A stretch of DNA of 63,782 nucleotides, the filler included, from Intoshia linei (lineage: Eukaryota > Animalia > Orthonectida), in NCBI GenBank assembly GCA_001642005.1. It is 6 parts of 6 records of this genome, joined end to end, with 100 filler letters (N's around TTAATTAATTAA, not from the genome) between each part and the next. Parts side by side here need not be neighbours in the genome. Positions count along the whole stretch, not along the records: positions 17,070 to 27,522 come from LWCA01001264.1; positions 27,623 to 58,424 come from LWCA01000352.1; 4 more parts are not named here. One strand, 5' to 3'. Under the pieces are notes generated by a model. It saw only the letters and a list, made by a program, of their open reading frames with translations. It had not been told where the DNA came from and searched no databases. The translations under genes were made by a program, and so were the position numbers. Positions 27,340-41,257 of the stretch are shown piece by piece; within the stretch, counting starts at the first letter, position 1; each line of letters starts with the position of its first letter.

Positions 27340-27522
27340 TATAAACTGAATCTTGACAAAATGAATAAAATGATGATGATTATTTTGATGAATCAAGCGG
27401 ATCTGAAACAGATTTCGAATACTTTCGTGAACATAACACTGACTCAAACGAATCTATTTCAGATACCAATATGGAATTAACTGGAAAAGATGGATTAACT
27501 AAATGGAATAATTATTCTGTTA
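27340..27522 (+). mobile_element. piggyBac-like transposase N-terminal fragment, cut by an assembly gap
   Basis: Acidic tract DDDYFDESSGSETDFEYFREHNTDSNES followed by GKDGLTKW, the typical piggyBac N-terminal layout. Confidence 0.5.
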
Positions 27523-28851
27523 NNNNNNNNNNNNNNNNNNNNNNNNNNNNNNNNNNNNNNNNNNNNTTAATTAATTAANNNNNNNNNNNNNNNNNNNNNN
27601 NNNNNNNNNNNNNNNNNNNNNNTTTGTCAGTAAAAAAATTGAATTGTAAGTTTGATGATTTTGGAGTGTCAGTATAGAAATTAAAAATCTAGTTTTTGAA
27701 AATTGAATATAATTATGTCCACCCCTTTTATCTTTTTTATATTTTTCTCTTGTATTTATTATTATCCTTGTGAGGTTAATAATTAGGTTAATCTTATAAC
27801 ATACATTATATAATAATATCATCCACTACAGACCCAAGTTAAAACTGAAATATTAAGATACCATATTATACCTACAAACCATATTACAAAAAAATTAGAA
27901 ATATTCTATGGTGTTCACACCAAAGAATATTTTTTTATGAAAACAAATTGTTAATTGTTAATTAATTAATTGTTACAATTAATTAATTAACAATTGTGTC
28001 AGTATTTTTCTATAATTATTTTTCAGTATTGTAAATGGTTTGTTAGTATTTTAGGTGCCTTTACTAACAAAATAATTTTTTTTACTGCCCTTCCAATTTA
28101 AATACTGACAATCAATTATTTATACTGACACAAATAAATGCACGCCATTGGTAAAACTGGAATTTTACCTAAAGGGTTTTTAAAACCGAATTTTTCCTTT
28201 TAGGGTTGTTAAAACTGAATTTTTCCGTTTAGTGGTGGTAAATATTGATTTTTAGTAAAAATGGTTGGATTTAAGTAGACACCCATTAATAATTATACAC
28301 TGCATTATTTGTAGCGATCTTTCATTACATTGTATTTTTTAACCGTAACGACACTTTTGAGGGTTTGAAGAATTATATAACGTGATAAAATTTTTATAGA
28401 GGTTGGGTTGTCATTTTAGAAAGCGACAACTAAAATTTAATTTTTATTAATAATTTTTAATAATAATAGAAATTAATAAATCAATAAAAATAATTAATAA
28501 TTATAAATTAAATAATATAATAATATTAATCATTATAATAAAGTTTAATAGTGTATAAGTTAACGTCCGTTGACGTCTTTGATAAATAAAAAATATTCTA
28601 ATCATGGGTTACTTCATATTCTGTATATAAAAATTATTACTGGGAATGAAATTTTTATCTAAAACTTTGGTAAACGTGAATTTTGAAAAATATATATTAA
28701 AAAAAATTTAACATTTAAAAATAAGAAAAAATTCTTTAATTATCTTAAATTGGAAACAACTGAAACTTCAAACGGACGGTAACGTATACAACCGCTAAGA
28801 AATATAAATTAACTAATAAGTATACATTTTTAATTACATTTGGATTTTAAG

Positions 28852-31800
28852 GAAGAATACGTTACTGAAGGAATATCATGGAAAAATATAGATTTTTTTA
28901 ATAACAAAATTGTATGTGAATTAATAGAAGGTCTTCAAAATAAACCTGGAGTTTTTGATTTATTAAATGATGTCTGTAAAGCGCAACACGCCGTCACAGA
29001 AAGTGGAGATGCTGTGTTTCAAGGAGTATATTAATAAATAATTTTTAATATAATACATATATAATTTTAAATATAAATTATTTAGAAATTGAATTCTGCA
29101 TTTTCATCACATCATCATTTTGTTCCAAGTGGTTGTGGGTTTACAATACATCATTACGCAGGAGATGTAAGTTTTTATGAAAATTAGGTAGAATTATTAT
29201 TTTTACTTATTTAGGTTACATATAATATAGAAGGATTCACTGCAATGAATAGAAATGCAATATTTAATGATTTAATTATATTAGCAAAATCATCCCAAAA
29301 GTACATTATTTGTATATAATTACCAGTTATTATCAAAATTATTCATTTATTAATTATTATAAATTTATTATAATTAATGATACACTTATTATGTTGTGAT
29401 ATTGTGTATACCAATTTTTATTTAGCCGTTTGTTAAGAAATTTATTTATGGATGACACTTCATCGAAACAGAGACCTTCCAATGTAGGAACTAAAATGAA
29501 AGTAATTGTCGTTTTTTGTAAATTAGAGCGTATATTTAATTGACTAATTTAAGAAACAAACTGCTAATCTAATGAGTGCAATTCAGGAGTGTGTACCCAG
29601 CTATATACGTTGTCTTAAGCCGAACGAGACTAAAAAAGCTCACGATTGGGACAATGCTCGGTAAATATTAAAATAATATTAATATTAATATTTAATGATT
29701 ATATCATTATTTTCAAACCCAGGCACCAACAGTTACAAAAACCTGAAAAAAAACCAGTTTGAATTTTTTTACTGAATAAAAAAATTAAATCTTCAAAAGT
29801 CTTCAAAACATTTTGGTGTGGGGTTGTAATAATACCGAACCTACCAACTCGAGGCCATTCTAAAATGAATAATAAACTCTAAAAAAAATTGTCAATCAAT
29901 GTGTAGTGCTATGGCTTTACCCATCTCCAAGGATTTTGACTTTACATCTTAAATTTAATACAAAAATACATACAAATGTGGTTAATATTCAAGAATATAT
30001 TTTTTTAATGCTCACTTTTTAAAAATGACGCCTCAGCTTATAATAATGTCGTCAAGATCTTACCACGAAGAGAGTTTATGGTATGGTAGGCTGGGCACAT
30101 GGTCATACGACCCAAAAGGTTAGAAAAAAAAATGAATTCAAGTTAAAAAATAAATTCATTATGATTTATGATAATTAAACGTTACCCCAATATAACCATA
30201 TTTTAGATGTTCACATCAAGTTGAATATTTAGGATTGGAAGAAAATATTAAAGTACGACAAGCTGGTCATGCATATCGACGTATATATGAAGATTTTGTC
30301 CATAGGTTATTAATTTGTTTTTTAATTATATATTTTTACATTGTTATTCTGTACAATATATTTCAGCGGTTTGTTCTTGACACAGTTTGTTAATGAGAAA
30401 ATTAAAAGGTTAATAATAACGATTTAATTACTTGGATATCACCAAATTTACCAACACAGGAATATATTGTACTGCATCATGGAATTTAACATGATTTAAA
30501 TGTACTAATACTTGATATTAATAATTTAGATACAAAGTAATATTAAATTTAAAAACTGGTCAATCAGCCGGAATTCCAAAGGATGCAACTCGTAAAATAC
30601 TTGAAAAAATTAAATTGGGCAACGAGTAACTCTCATTTAAAAATTGTAATAATATTTAAGTTATCAATTCGGACATACGAAAATATTCATAAAAGATGCT
30701 GAATCGGTTATTTTTACTCTAAAATTTATACATCATGTATAACTGTATACTATACAATATACCGTATAGTATACGGCGTATACTATAAGTGGGTTTTCAA
30801 AAAGGGAAGCATTAGGAGTAAACTTTTCAAAGTCTAGAGATTATTTTTTATTGGTACTTTTTTTCATTCAGATCAAGTTTAAACTCTAAACTTTAAATGT
30901 AATAATTACTAGGTTTTTTTATTGGAGTCTACTAGAGAAAGATATTTCAGTGAAGCGTCCAATAAAATTCAAGAATTTTTCAGAATAAACATGGGAATGT
31001 TTATGACTCATAAAGGTATTTATAATAATGATTTATTAAGATTAAATAAAGTATTTTAAACGACTGTATTAATTTTTAACTTCATATCATCCATCTTTTA
31101 ATTAACTATTAAAAGAGATGAAGCTATGGGTCGCCCAATATGTTGTAAAAATTATTTTTTAAATTATATTGATGAAATGTCATATAAGGTTTGGTAAACC
31201 TTGCAGATTACCGAATTTATGGTCAAAATTCAAATTTAATAAGAGGAATAATTATAATTAATAATTATTATAATAGACACTATATACTATTACATTCTAA
31301 TGAAAATTTTAACAGTTTAAAAATATTCTTTAATATGAGATGGTGGATGGCTGGAAAATAAAAAATAACTGATTACGTGACTAAACTTTTATAACTAACC
31401 ATGTATTGCATTGAAGGTAAGTAAGTTAAAAAATTAAAATTAGATATTTCTAAGGGTAGACAAATTTTTATAAATCACTTTAAATTTAAATTTTTAACTT
31501 TTTGACTCTCATTCCAAGTATGATTGAGCATGCAATATAAAATATATATTTTTATTACAGCTCCAAATATTTACGGAAACCGGAAACAACGTTGTCGTTT
31601 TTCAATTAATCTGAGAAAAAGACAAGATTATATGGAAGTAAGTAGCTATCCAGACATTGTTGGTAAAATTGGAAAAATAAAAAAATTGCAATTTGCTGAA
31701 ACCATATCTAAATATGATCGACGTTTTAAAGTAGGATTATTGAATATATTAGGGATTCAAATAATAAATTAGATGAGTAAGCGGCATTTGATACTAACGC

Positions 31801-34800
31801 AAACGAAACTATTTATATTTGGACAAGAAAAGGTAAATCTAATTTACACTATAAAAAATTATAGAGTTAAAATAAAATACATTTTCTTAAATTTAGATAA
31901 AAAAAGGACCAGATAAAGGCAAAAAGATGTACGTAATAAAATATGAATCACCTATAGAGGAAGTGTCATCTATAAAAATAAGGTAACTTACTATTCGATA
32001 TTTTAAATTAACTTTATCACTTTTAAATATTGTTGGGTGTTCTTTTATGCGCAAATATAAAAAAGTGTTATTGCGCATTTTTTACTGTACTGAAATGAAA
32101 TATTTTGTATGTAAAAAATTATAAAGTAACTTGGAATCCTGGAAACTGAAAATTCTTTTAAATGATTAGTAAAAAATTCCATGTCAATTCAAAATTTACC
32201 TGATATATAAAAACACAATTTAGTACCAAACAAGACGATATGATTATAGTTGGGTTTAAGAATAACATTGAATTCTTTTTGGAATGTAAACACAAAACTG
32301 AATTTATAGCTTCACTTAATTCTTGCTACAAAAATGTTAATAACAGAGATTTGTACATTAACCCTTGTGACAGGTATTTATCATTTTATCTTAAAAAAAT
32401 ATATCTTATTTTATTTTTTTATTTTAGACTGGTATACACAACTAAATCTAATAGTAAACGCAATGTTACTTTTGATGATGCCGGTCCGAAAGAAGAAAAA
32501 AATATAAAAAACAAGGGTGCAACTTCCCATATATCTATTGCACGTGGTCTTCCAGAAAATACATGTAATATAAACCACATGTATAAAATACATGTATATG
32601 ACATGGTAACAGTGTTTCCGAACCAATTTTTGTCTAGTGTCATTTGTCGTATCTTTGTAGATGAGAAGTGGCGCATTACATTTTTATGTATATTATATTT
32701 AATATTTTAAAATCATAATACAGGGATGGTTATACTTCTTTGCGAAAGGATCGTATTTAAAAATTAAAAATATTCAGATTTTAGTAGTAGTATATTTGAA
32801 AAATAATAATTAGATTGTGGATATAAAAAAATTTAAGTTGTAGCGATTTGTCTATAAACATTTAACATCTTATTATAAGGGCCGCATGCGTATATATTGT
32901 AGTTTTTGTATTATTTTGGTATCGCATTTCAATTAAGTTGTTTAGAAATCGGCGCATTGTATGGCAATTGTTGATCATGTGCTGTAGATTTTTAATTTTG
33001 ATGAATAATTACAAAATATCCAGAATGACATCAAATAAGAGTTGATAGTGTTGAAACTTTTCCTCATTCTATATTCATATTATTAATTCTATTGAAGGTT
33101 TCTTAATCTTTTGCCATGCGCTACCCATTTTAATAATAAAAATGTTCAAAACCTTACATCCATTTTTTTGTGATGAAATGATGCAAATCTTAATTACATA
33201 TAATGTATAATAGAGTGTGGATTTTAGTACCTTTTTTTTATATTTTATGGTCCGGAACGGATAAAGTCGCGTATAGTTTTAGATTAATAGTTATAATATA
33301 TAGTTTTAGTTTTAGTATAGTTTTATGATTACACTGAAAAAAAATTTGTTCAATTTTTAGCGGAAACGTTTGCTACTTTAAAAAATTTTCAACACCCTTG
33401 GCCAGCAGTTCTCAACAAACTTCGCAGTTGGTACCCCTAAACTAAAAAAAAATAATTTGGTACCCCATAATAATTTCTATTTATTGTAACTATGATACCA
33501 TGTGAATTAAAAAAAATAAAATAAATAGTTAGTTTAACTCTACTTCATCAAAAATAGATACATAAATGTATTATGAAATTTTAAAAATATTTATAATTTA
33601 TGAATCATAAAGTGTGAGTCATAGGATGAGACGAACTGGTACCCCAAAATAATGTATGGTATCCTAGGCCCTAGGGTATAAGTATTAAATAAGTATAAAA
33701 TCAAAAATTGAATAAAATCACACAACCTCCAAAATGTTTGTTGCGACCCCGTGGTTAAGAAAACAGTTGTAATTTATTTTAATTATCTTTCTCAGTGAAA
33801 TATTATACAAGATATTGTACTTCCAAATCGGCATGGTTTGGAAACACTGCGTAATGATTGCAATAATTTAATATATACACAAGGGTAGACACAATTTCAT
33901 GGACTTTGAGATATCATTAATTTATAATTTAATATTATTTAAATGTTTTGAATGTTGAAAAATTTGATACATTTAACATGAACGGGCTTTTTCAAAACTG
34001 AAATTTCCGAAAAATTGGTAACTGACCAGTTTGGCTTATAATCAGTTAGAAAAAATACAGCACCAATTGAATGTAAAATTACTTATTTATACATATTAAT
34101 ACAAATCCAAATTTTGATCAATTAATCAAATATATAAATGTTTCATACCTGTAATACACGTAATATACAATGTACATCGTTACTTATATGAAACTCTTTG
34201 TTTGTCTGTGTGTGTTATCGTTTATTTCAATAACTAAGAGTCTTAGAATTATATAAAGTCCACATTTCTATTACAGTTTTTTGCGGGTAAAAGTAATATA
34301 AATTTCAACCTCTGAAACTCACATCTTACCGGCGAAAAGCTCTAATTATTTTTTTTTGAAAATCAAACGAGTTCGAGAATTTAAAAAAAATTACACTCTG
34401 ATACAGATTTTAAAATAATAAATATTTTCATAAGTTTAAATTTAAAAAAATATATCTTCAGGGCCAAACGTCAAATTACCATTTTTTTTTAAATGAAAAC
34501 AACCCTAGAATTTCAAAAAAAAATACAGGCGTAACAGTTGTATACTGTTAATACACACAAAATTTTCAATCTAAATAAGTAGTATACATTATATGTGTAA
34601 TAATGAACTGAAATGTATTCAATTAAAATACATTTTCTAATATATATTAAATAGATACATCATTTAGGTGTCGGTTATGAAGTAAATTTCAGTGATCGCT
34701 ACAACTATACAAATTTTTCAAGTAAACATTATAATATATTGTATTTTAAAAAAACAATATATAGGTAGTCAAAACCACAATCAAAACCAAAACCAAACAA

Positions 34801-35888
34801 GAATTCAACCCACTTATAACAAAGCACCACCTACACCAATGAAATCAAAGTATTATCAATATATTTAAATTATATTTCTGAAAAATACCGTATGACTCTA
34901 AATGAAAAAAGATGAAATATGTAGTAAACAATACCTGAAAACATGTTCCATTTTAAGAACATTGGCGGGACTAAACTTTTCATTCTTTTCATTTGTATAA
35001 AAACAAAGGGTAATTTGTTGTTTTGGTAGAAAGGTACACATTTTTAAATTTATCTTATTTTCTGAGTTGAAAATGAACTATAATGTACAATTTGAATATT
35101 GATGCATAATAAATATTATTTTAGCCAAAAACAATGCCGTGTTCTATACGATTATGACGGTGTAGAAGCTGGAGAATTAACAATTCGTCAAAATGAAACG
35201 ATTAACATAATCGATGAAGGTAACTAAAAACTATTTTTATAATGGTTAAACTTTGACAATAGATTATAAACTATAATTTATAATATATTGAACAATCACT
35301 TGAAAAATTATTATTGATAACGTAAAAAATGTTGCAAACCCCACTAAACCATTTACCTCATTAATTTTATGCTACTAAAACTATCATATGAAACTATTAT
35401 TTCATCAATCCTGATTGATCAATCAATTGTAAATTCTATAATATATGGTTACTTCCATTCCAAGGGAACCGATCAAATGAGTTTAAATATTGCATCATCC
35501 TCCACCCTTATTAAAATATTTGTTTAAGTTTTTTAAAATAAACTATACAGTATTACCTATACAGTATTAATTTAGTTCAGTATTATCAATATTTAGTTAG
35601 ATTTAATTTCTTTTCTTGTATCTGTTATCAGTGTTTCAAATCAACTCTTGGGCTACTTACTCAAATGAGTTACTAATTTTTTTACCAGTAGATCCAGTGT
35701 CAAAAAACCAATTCTAAATAATCTACACTAAAATCCGTTAATTCAACCCCTAATTAGCGAACTGTTACATTGGATCAATTATAGAGCATATATAATTTTT
35801 AAATTTTTCAGATCCATCTGGATGGTGGAATGGTGAATGCAACGGTTATGTCGGTCTGTTTCCATCAACCTATGTTGAACTAATATAA
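28852..35888 (+). CDS. MYO1E: Long-tailed class I myosin (MYO1E/F-like): second half of motor, TH1, SH3; N-terminal motor exons absent from the visible sequence
   Basis: [70 protein letters not shown], and SH3 CRVLYDY...DPSGWWNG...GLFPSTYV*. Confidence 0.92.
34190..34560 (+). repeat. Dispersed repeat copy (Helitron-like, GTCT-type 5' microsatellite) in a myosin intron
   Basis: 'gtttgtctgtgtgtgttatcgtttatttc...gagtcttagaatt' parallels 48315-48365. Internal blocks are shared with 3330-3900. Confidence 0.5.
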
Positions 35889-35943
35889 ATTGTACACAAG
35901 TTCAAATAAATAGTCAATTTTATTTACAATAAACATAAATACA

Positions 35944-38900
35944 TCATTTGGTGTTTGAAATAATTTTAAATTGATTTGCAATTAATTGAGCAGATTTAGA
36001 GTCCGAAAACATTGTGAAAATTAATTCACATATACCATTAATCAAAAACCTTTGATTCATTGAGGGGTATTGTAAAATTGTCACAACCTTATCACATGCA
36101 ATGTAAATATTGGCATCAGCACAATATTTTTTCAATTCTTCTAGAAATTAATTATTTACATTATTTATACATTAAACTATTTTCAATCAATCAATTTAAC
36201 AAAAAAAACCTGGAAAATGTTGCATCACTAAATAACGAGTTAAAAATCTAGCATGGCTTTTAGATAAATAAGAATATTTTTCATTATTAGATATTTCGTA
36301 AGGGTAAATCATTCTTCTATAAAAGAAAATAAGTATCAAGAATTCCAATATTTCTCTCAAAATATTGACATGAACCATAAAATAATATAAGCAGACTTTA
36401 AGTAAAATCAAGATTTTACAAATCCGCATAGTTAAAACATTCAGTGTTTTCAAAAGGGATAAAAAATAATATTAAAAAATCAAATATACTTGATATTGTC
36501 AATATGTTTATCAAATCTACTAGCTTCATTAACAAAATTTAATATTGATCTAAATATTAAAATAACACATGTCATTATACAAATAATAAAAACCTATTAA
36601 ATCTATCATGGAAAACATTTTTAACGGTAAATTCGACTAAACTAAACATTTTGTTTCCGAATGTAGAATTAGCACCTTTATGCTTAAAATCTAATATTTC
36701 TGTGACACAGTCAAGTAAAACTTTAACCGGATAGTGCTCATCCTAATAAGTTTTAATAAATTAAAATAAATTAAAAAACCTCGGATATCAAAGAAACGTC
36801 TAAAAGAATATATTACTATTCACAAATGTGTACCTTTAAAACTATTGACAAAAGTTTGCAAATGATTAAAATCAACAAAATACACAATGCACTAAATTTT
36901 AAATTAAAACTAATTTCAAAAAACATTACATACATTAAAAAATTGTCAATAAATTATACCTTTGATTCTAAATCATTAAACAAGCCAATATTTAAGTTGT
37001 GGTTTTTAATATTTTTGATATATTTGAGCATGTCAATATTATTAAAATTTATTAATCTTGGCTAATAAAATTTTTATAAAAATATGATTAATATTACATA
37101 ATCTTTTAATAATGACACTATTGAATTTGCCATTTTGAACGTTTTTAAACGGTATCCTCTTGCAGATTTTATGTTTGTATAATTGTATTCATAATAGTAA
37201 CTATTATATTCTTTGTATTGCTTAATTTGTAACATTAAAAAAATTTAATCATCAAATCCTGCATTATTCTGATTAATATACCTTAATCATGATGAAAAGT
37301 TTTAAATAGATACCGTCCCCTTTAGAATCTAGATAATCTAAATTTGACGTGAAATCCATTTTATTATCTAATATACTCGAAAATTTTCGATTTAGTGAAG
37401 AATCTTCAATGATAATTTTTAAAGTTCGTTTGTATTCAGAGTCCTAAATATTCAATTAATCAAAATACACTTCAAAAAAAATTTCAAAACTCATCACAAG
37501 CACACCTCTAATTGAAAATTGACTTGATTAAATGCAATATTTTTCATATGAAGTGAACATTTATTTGATAAATTGACTAAATACGGGTATTCATCCTTCC
37601 CATTCATCCATTCCACGTCGTGCGATGATTTAGCAACAATATATTTTTGTAAAAATATCATAAAAGCATATATGTCACTTTTATTAACACATTTCATGAT
37701 AAAAGTGTGTAAATCATCCAATGTTACTTTTTTAACATAGAGCTATATTAATTTTAAATATTTTAATTTTAAAATTAAATTACCAAATTTATCAATTTCA
37801 TATTTAAATAATGCGGATCGGATATATGTTCAAATGACGACAATGCAATGTTGGCACAAATGCTCTAAATTATTACAAAATTTAAGATTGAATATAGTTC
37901 ATTTTTTATTCTTTCAAAAAATCACCCAACATGAAACGTGGAAAATTTAGCAACAGGGTATTATACTAAATACACTTACGCGTAAATAAAAGTATTTCCT
38001 TAAACCTACCGTCGAATTCTAGAATTTAAAAAAATCCAGATATAGTTTATGGTAGTTTATCTAAAAAAAACATTTTAACCTCATAAATCCACACGCATGT
38101 ATTCCGGTCAATCATGAATTTTAATTGGTTTTCACTATTTAATTATAATTATAGACAAAATTGTTATAATTAAAATCCAAATTACAATCTCAATTAAATA
38201 AAATTTTAAAATTTTTTAAATGTTCATCTAGAAACTTTCACTGGTAGAACTAGCTAACTTTTGTATTAAGTACATAATGACATTCTAGTTATAAAAATAA
38301 AATAATTATTACCTGAAAAAAAAATCGTAAAATACGACAACGTGTAACTGAATAAGATAACAATCTGTGTGAAAATAATTGAGATATAACTGTAAAAAAG
38401 TCTAAAAATTACAAATTAAAATATAATAATACAACATAAAATAAAAATTTTGATAATGAACAGAATAGTATCATCTCATTTAAATTCTCAAATTGATAAT
38501 TAAAATATGGTAAATAATATAAAATTATTAATAATTTTATTAAATTTTGGCTAGTAATTTCGTAATAGCATAGTATTATTTTGTAGTAGCCCGCAAGAAA
38601 TTTTATACTAAATTTTCGTTTCGGATGAAGAAAAAGTGGGAACCAGTGGTAGATCTAGGATTATCAGCCAGGGAGGCGAAATAATTATCAGGAGCCAAAC
38701 GCATATAATGTATTTAATTGCATATAATTTATTTATTCAACTGTATCAAAACGACATTTTGAGCAAGTTATCTTTCGATTATAAACAACGTTAAGTCCGA
38801 TAATTTAACTTAAACTGATGTTACTATAAAACATTACTATAATACAGTCCAACCCCGGTTTGGGGCGAACCTCGGCAGCGGGGCACCCTCGATTTTTAAG

Positions 38901-41052
38901 GCACTTTTTAAATATTTTATTAGTTTCATAGTATTATGTACTATTTCCTATAAATAAGTGTAAAATAAACCTCGTTTTGAGGCATATTTTTTTACAAAAA
39001 TTTTAAATGAAAATAGTGAACGATAAATTAAATTATGAGATAAAATTGGAAATAGCTCAATTATTAAAAAATAAAAAGTTACTTTTGTTTTTATCAGATA
39101 TTATGTAAATGTACATGTACAATCATGTACATCATAAAAAAATTATTTACGACCTGAAAGATTTTTTATTCCGATGAGCATCTAAAAAAATTAAAGGGAA
39201 CATTGGTCAAAACATTCAGTTTCAAATGTGGTCTGAGTAGTATCGACCCATGGGTTGAGACGCCTGATATATGTTTGTTTTATGATGCAATACATAATGC
39301 ACAATACACACGTAACGCTAAATGTTTACTCAAGATATTTATACAATTTACATCACTTTAAAAACGATTTAGTTAATCATTAACATGGCATTGCTCCACA
39401 TGACAATGGCTATGCATGGGAATACAAAACTGTCAGGCGCTGATAGGTTTTAAAAATGACTAGTATCACGGGTATATGTTCACTGCACATCGTGCAGTTT
39501 GGTTCAACTACAATTAAGTGATGCAATAAAAGAAATTTGAAAATAAAATGAATAATGAATATCAAAAATAGATAACTTTTTTTAACAGTGAAATTTTAAA
39601 TTATCAATGAATTATAATCTTAAACATCATTTTTAATAAAAAATCCGTCAACGTAGAAGTTTTCAATAAGTTATTAACATTTTCGTTAGCAAATAAAAAA
39701 TTATATATTAAATTAAATTAAATTTTTAATTTTACTTTTATGTATATTATAACAATGGATGTTTTTAACTCAATTAAAATTAAATATTATTTATTATTTT
39801 TGTTTTGTTTTTTGTTGACATATTATAATATGTACTTATGACGCGTCATTTCATTATTTTTTATGTTTCACAATTTCAAATGCATATTAAAGATACTATC
39901 GAATCGTATGACTCATTATACATATATCATTTTAAAGGCAATATTCACATAAATATAGTATAAAATAATTAGCTATGTATTAATAATGTATTAAATTAAA
40001 TAAATTAAATTAAACATTTAAATGTAATTAAATTAAATTAAATTTTTGTTGACATACTTTTGACGCTAACTGTAAATGTATTAAAAAAATAAACGATATA
40101 AACGCAAAATATATCTAAAAAGGATTGAGAAATTATTCACCTTGATCAATCACGGAAAATCTCTAAAACACAAACCACACACAAACACAAATATCAATAT
40201 AAATTAAATGTTGAACATGATAGGTAAACAAATATAAAGCAAAAATACTATAAAAAATAAACCTTTTTGATTTTTGGCTAGGAGGGAGGGTGAATAAAAT
40301 ATATTATTTTTGGAGAAACTATACAAAGACGATTCCGCTTCATGAATTATATCAAAGGCGTAATCTACAAATGATAAAAAAATGAAAAATATTGTTAACC
40401 TTTAGTATCTCCTTTAGATAAAATTAAACTATAAAGACGAAAATGGCAAGAAACGTTGTATATAAGCGTAGTACCAATAAATTGAGTAAATTTTCGACGG
40501 TCCCATCTAATGTAAATATAGAAAAGGAAAAATAAAATGAAACGTGAGCATCAATTTTCCAAAGATATTAAAAAAGCAATTGTGAAAAGCCCGTTTAATT
40601 TCTTCATCATCACCAATATGAAAATACCATGAGCCAATATAACTTTTAAATATAATGTTGCAAATCTAAAAATTAAAATGAATAAAAATAGAAAAAAACA
40701 AACATCGCGCAAAGAACTAATATTGAATTGATTTCCGAAAATGTGGTCATTTGGAATGTACATTATGCTTGATATCTTTGAATTTTTTTCCTAATAACAT
40801 ACAATTAATGGCACATTTTCAATTACATGCAGTAATAATGCGCTATCCTCCAAATTGTATACTCCCGTTTTAATATAACTAATTTTGCAAAACAATACGT
40901 ATGTAATTCTAGAAGTTAATTTTTAATACATTTTAATTTTACCCAATTAAAAAGAAAAATAGATACGCCAATAATATCAAATCATAATAAACGAATACGA
41001 AGGTCGCAATCCATAGTATACTAAAACCTTTTTCATCAAAAATAGCATTCAT
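35944..41052 (-). CDS. Divergent SNX13/14/19/25-type sorting nexin (N-terminal TM, PXA ... Nexin_C)
   Basis: Hydrophobic N-terminus, PXA-like IIFKSYIGSWYFHIGDDEEI and ..SCHFRLY, and Nexin_C-like end ILQYPSMNQRFLINGICELIFTMF. Middle exons were only partly resolved. Confidence 0.6.
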
Positions 41053-41257
41053 TATATATTCATTTCATGTTACAAAATTGATTCAATTTATATTGGGATC
41101 AAATTCTGCATGGTAGTTACACGTATAAACTCTTGGATATTCGTTAAATGTTTATTATTAAACAAATTGGGCAAACATTCTTAAAAAATATATATTTGAC
41201 TTTATCGCATATTTATTTCGTGTAAATAAAGTTTATTTATAAATTTACAATTCCATG

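Noticed and set aside
27945-27997. AT-rich palindromic TTAA run
   Set aside because: Low-complexity sequence, expected in DNA this AT-rich.
35660-35712. Minus-strand FFDTGST resembling an aspartic protease motif
   Set aside because: Short frame closed by stops, with no other protease or retroelement motifs nearby.
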